In this document: piece by piece, positions 23,560 through 24,000 of the stretch
Layout: each line of letters starts with the position of its first letter
Position numbering within the stretch: position 1 is the first letter of the stretch
Notes under the pieces: generated by a model
The model's database searches: none
The model's input: the letters and a program-made list of their open reading frames with translations, nothing else
What the model was told of the DNA's origin: nothing
Position numbers and translations under genes: made by a program
Source: Neomoorella glycerini
Lineage (GTDB): Bacteria; Bacillota; DSM-521; Neomoorellales; Neomoorellaceae
Direction: 5' to 3'
NCBI RefSeq assembly: GCF_009735625.1
Contig: NZ_CP046244.1
Location: 3,026,909-3,050,908, forward strand
Length of the DNA: 24,000 bases

Positions 23560-24000
23560 TTAAATACCTTCTTCCCTGGCTTTTTCTTCTCTACGACGGC
23601 GTACCAGGAAGGATATCCAGATGCTTGCTTCATAAAGTACCACCATAGGCAGGGCCATCAAGGTCTGGGAAACTATATCCGGAGTTGGTGTTACAATGGC
23701 AGCCACGATAAAGATGAGCAAGATGGCATATTTACGGTTTTTAGCCAAAAATTTAGGAGTAACCAAACCCAAATAGGTCAGAAGCATAATTACTAAAGGC
23801 AGCTGGAAGACGGCCCCGAAAGGTAATACAAACATGGTCAGGAAACTAAAGTATTTCGATATGGTAATCAGTGGCGTAAAGCCTTCGCTGGCAGTTACCA
23901 GTAAAAAGCGGAGGGCCGCCGGGAAAACCACCAGGTAACCGAAGACTATTCCCGCCGCAAAGAGCACTATCGAGGCCGGCATCAACATATAAACCAGGCG
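23560..24000 (-). CDS. tatC: twin-arginine translocase subunit TatC (5' end outside window)
   Basis: The frame stays open to the window edge (RLVY precedes the ORF-track Met). The hydrophobic helices FAAGIVFGYLVVFPAALRFLL...VFQLPLVIMLLTYLGLV...AAIVTPTPDIVSQ match the C-terminal TM3-TM6 region of TatC. Confidence 0.85.
   Translation of the reverse strand, partial: RLVYMLMPASIVLFAAGIVFGYLVVFPAALRFLLVTASEGFTPLITISKYFSFLTMFVLPFGAVFQLPLVIMLLTYLGLVTPKFLAKNRKYAILLIFIVAAIVTPTPDIVSQTLMALPMVVLYEASIWISFLVRRRREEKAREEGI

Noticed and set aside
1-24000. Search for CRISPR arrays, IS or transposon ends, integrases, prophage genes, tRNA/rRNA, toxin-antitoxin pairs or defence-system ATPases/nucleases
   Set aside because: None found by eye. 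The only repeats are intragenic (LysM units, coiled-coil and low-complexity duplications) or short leader repeats. The tight operons, consistent RBS usage and absence of mobility genes suggest core chromosome rather than a mobile island.

Overview
Chromosomal segment (about mid-50s % GC by eye) that I infer comes from a spore-forming Firmicute/Clostridia, possibly Moorella- or Desulfotomaculum-like. That inference rests on strong GGAGG-type RBSs, an SLH domain, HydF and LysM proteins without signal peptides. I support 27 protein genes, 23 on the minus strand. I found no rRNA, tRNA, CRISPR array, transposase or integrase. Layout: (1) 1-3800 holds the ComEC-type MBL domain tail, DUF3006, DUF302, an NfeD-SPFH membrane pair and D-aminopeptidase DppA. 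(2) 3864-9074 is a block of six poorly assignable genes: two small HMA/ferredoxin-like proteins without metal-binding Cys, an Amidase_3-like pseudoenzyme with a long disordered acidic tail, a 16-Cys Thr/Val-rich beta protein, a BNR-type propeller-like protein, and a 3xLysM protein with a Met/His-rich tail. None has a signal peptide. This is the most likely place for undescribed biology, and I read it as a candidate spore-envelope/coat module (inference only). (3) 9187-17704 is a GntR/HutC-regulated nucleoside uptake and catabolism operon: BMP lipoprotein, ABC ATPase, two permeases, uridine phosphorylase, DeoC and an 8-oxoguanine-deaminase-like amidohydrolase. A clean intrinsic terminator closes it. 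(4) 17842-24000 holds an Amidase_3+SLH cell-wall amidase, aspartate ammonia-lyase, a small Cys-rich protein, methylglyoxal synthase, a YkgJ-type Cys-cluster protein immediately downstream of hydF, and TatA and TatC (5' end outside the window). Many ORF-track starts are over-extended; I re-set them using RBS spacing and homolog N-termini. All family assignments come from motif recognition by eye, with no database search.
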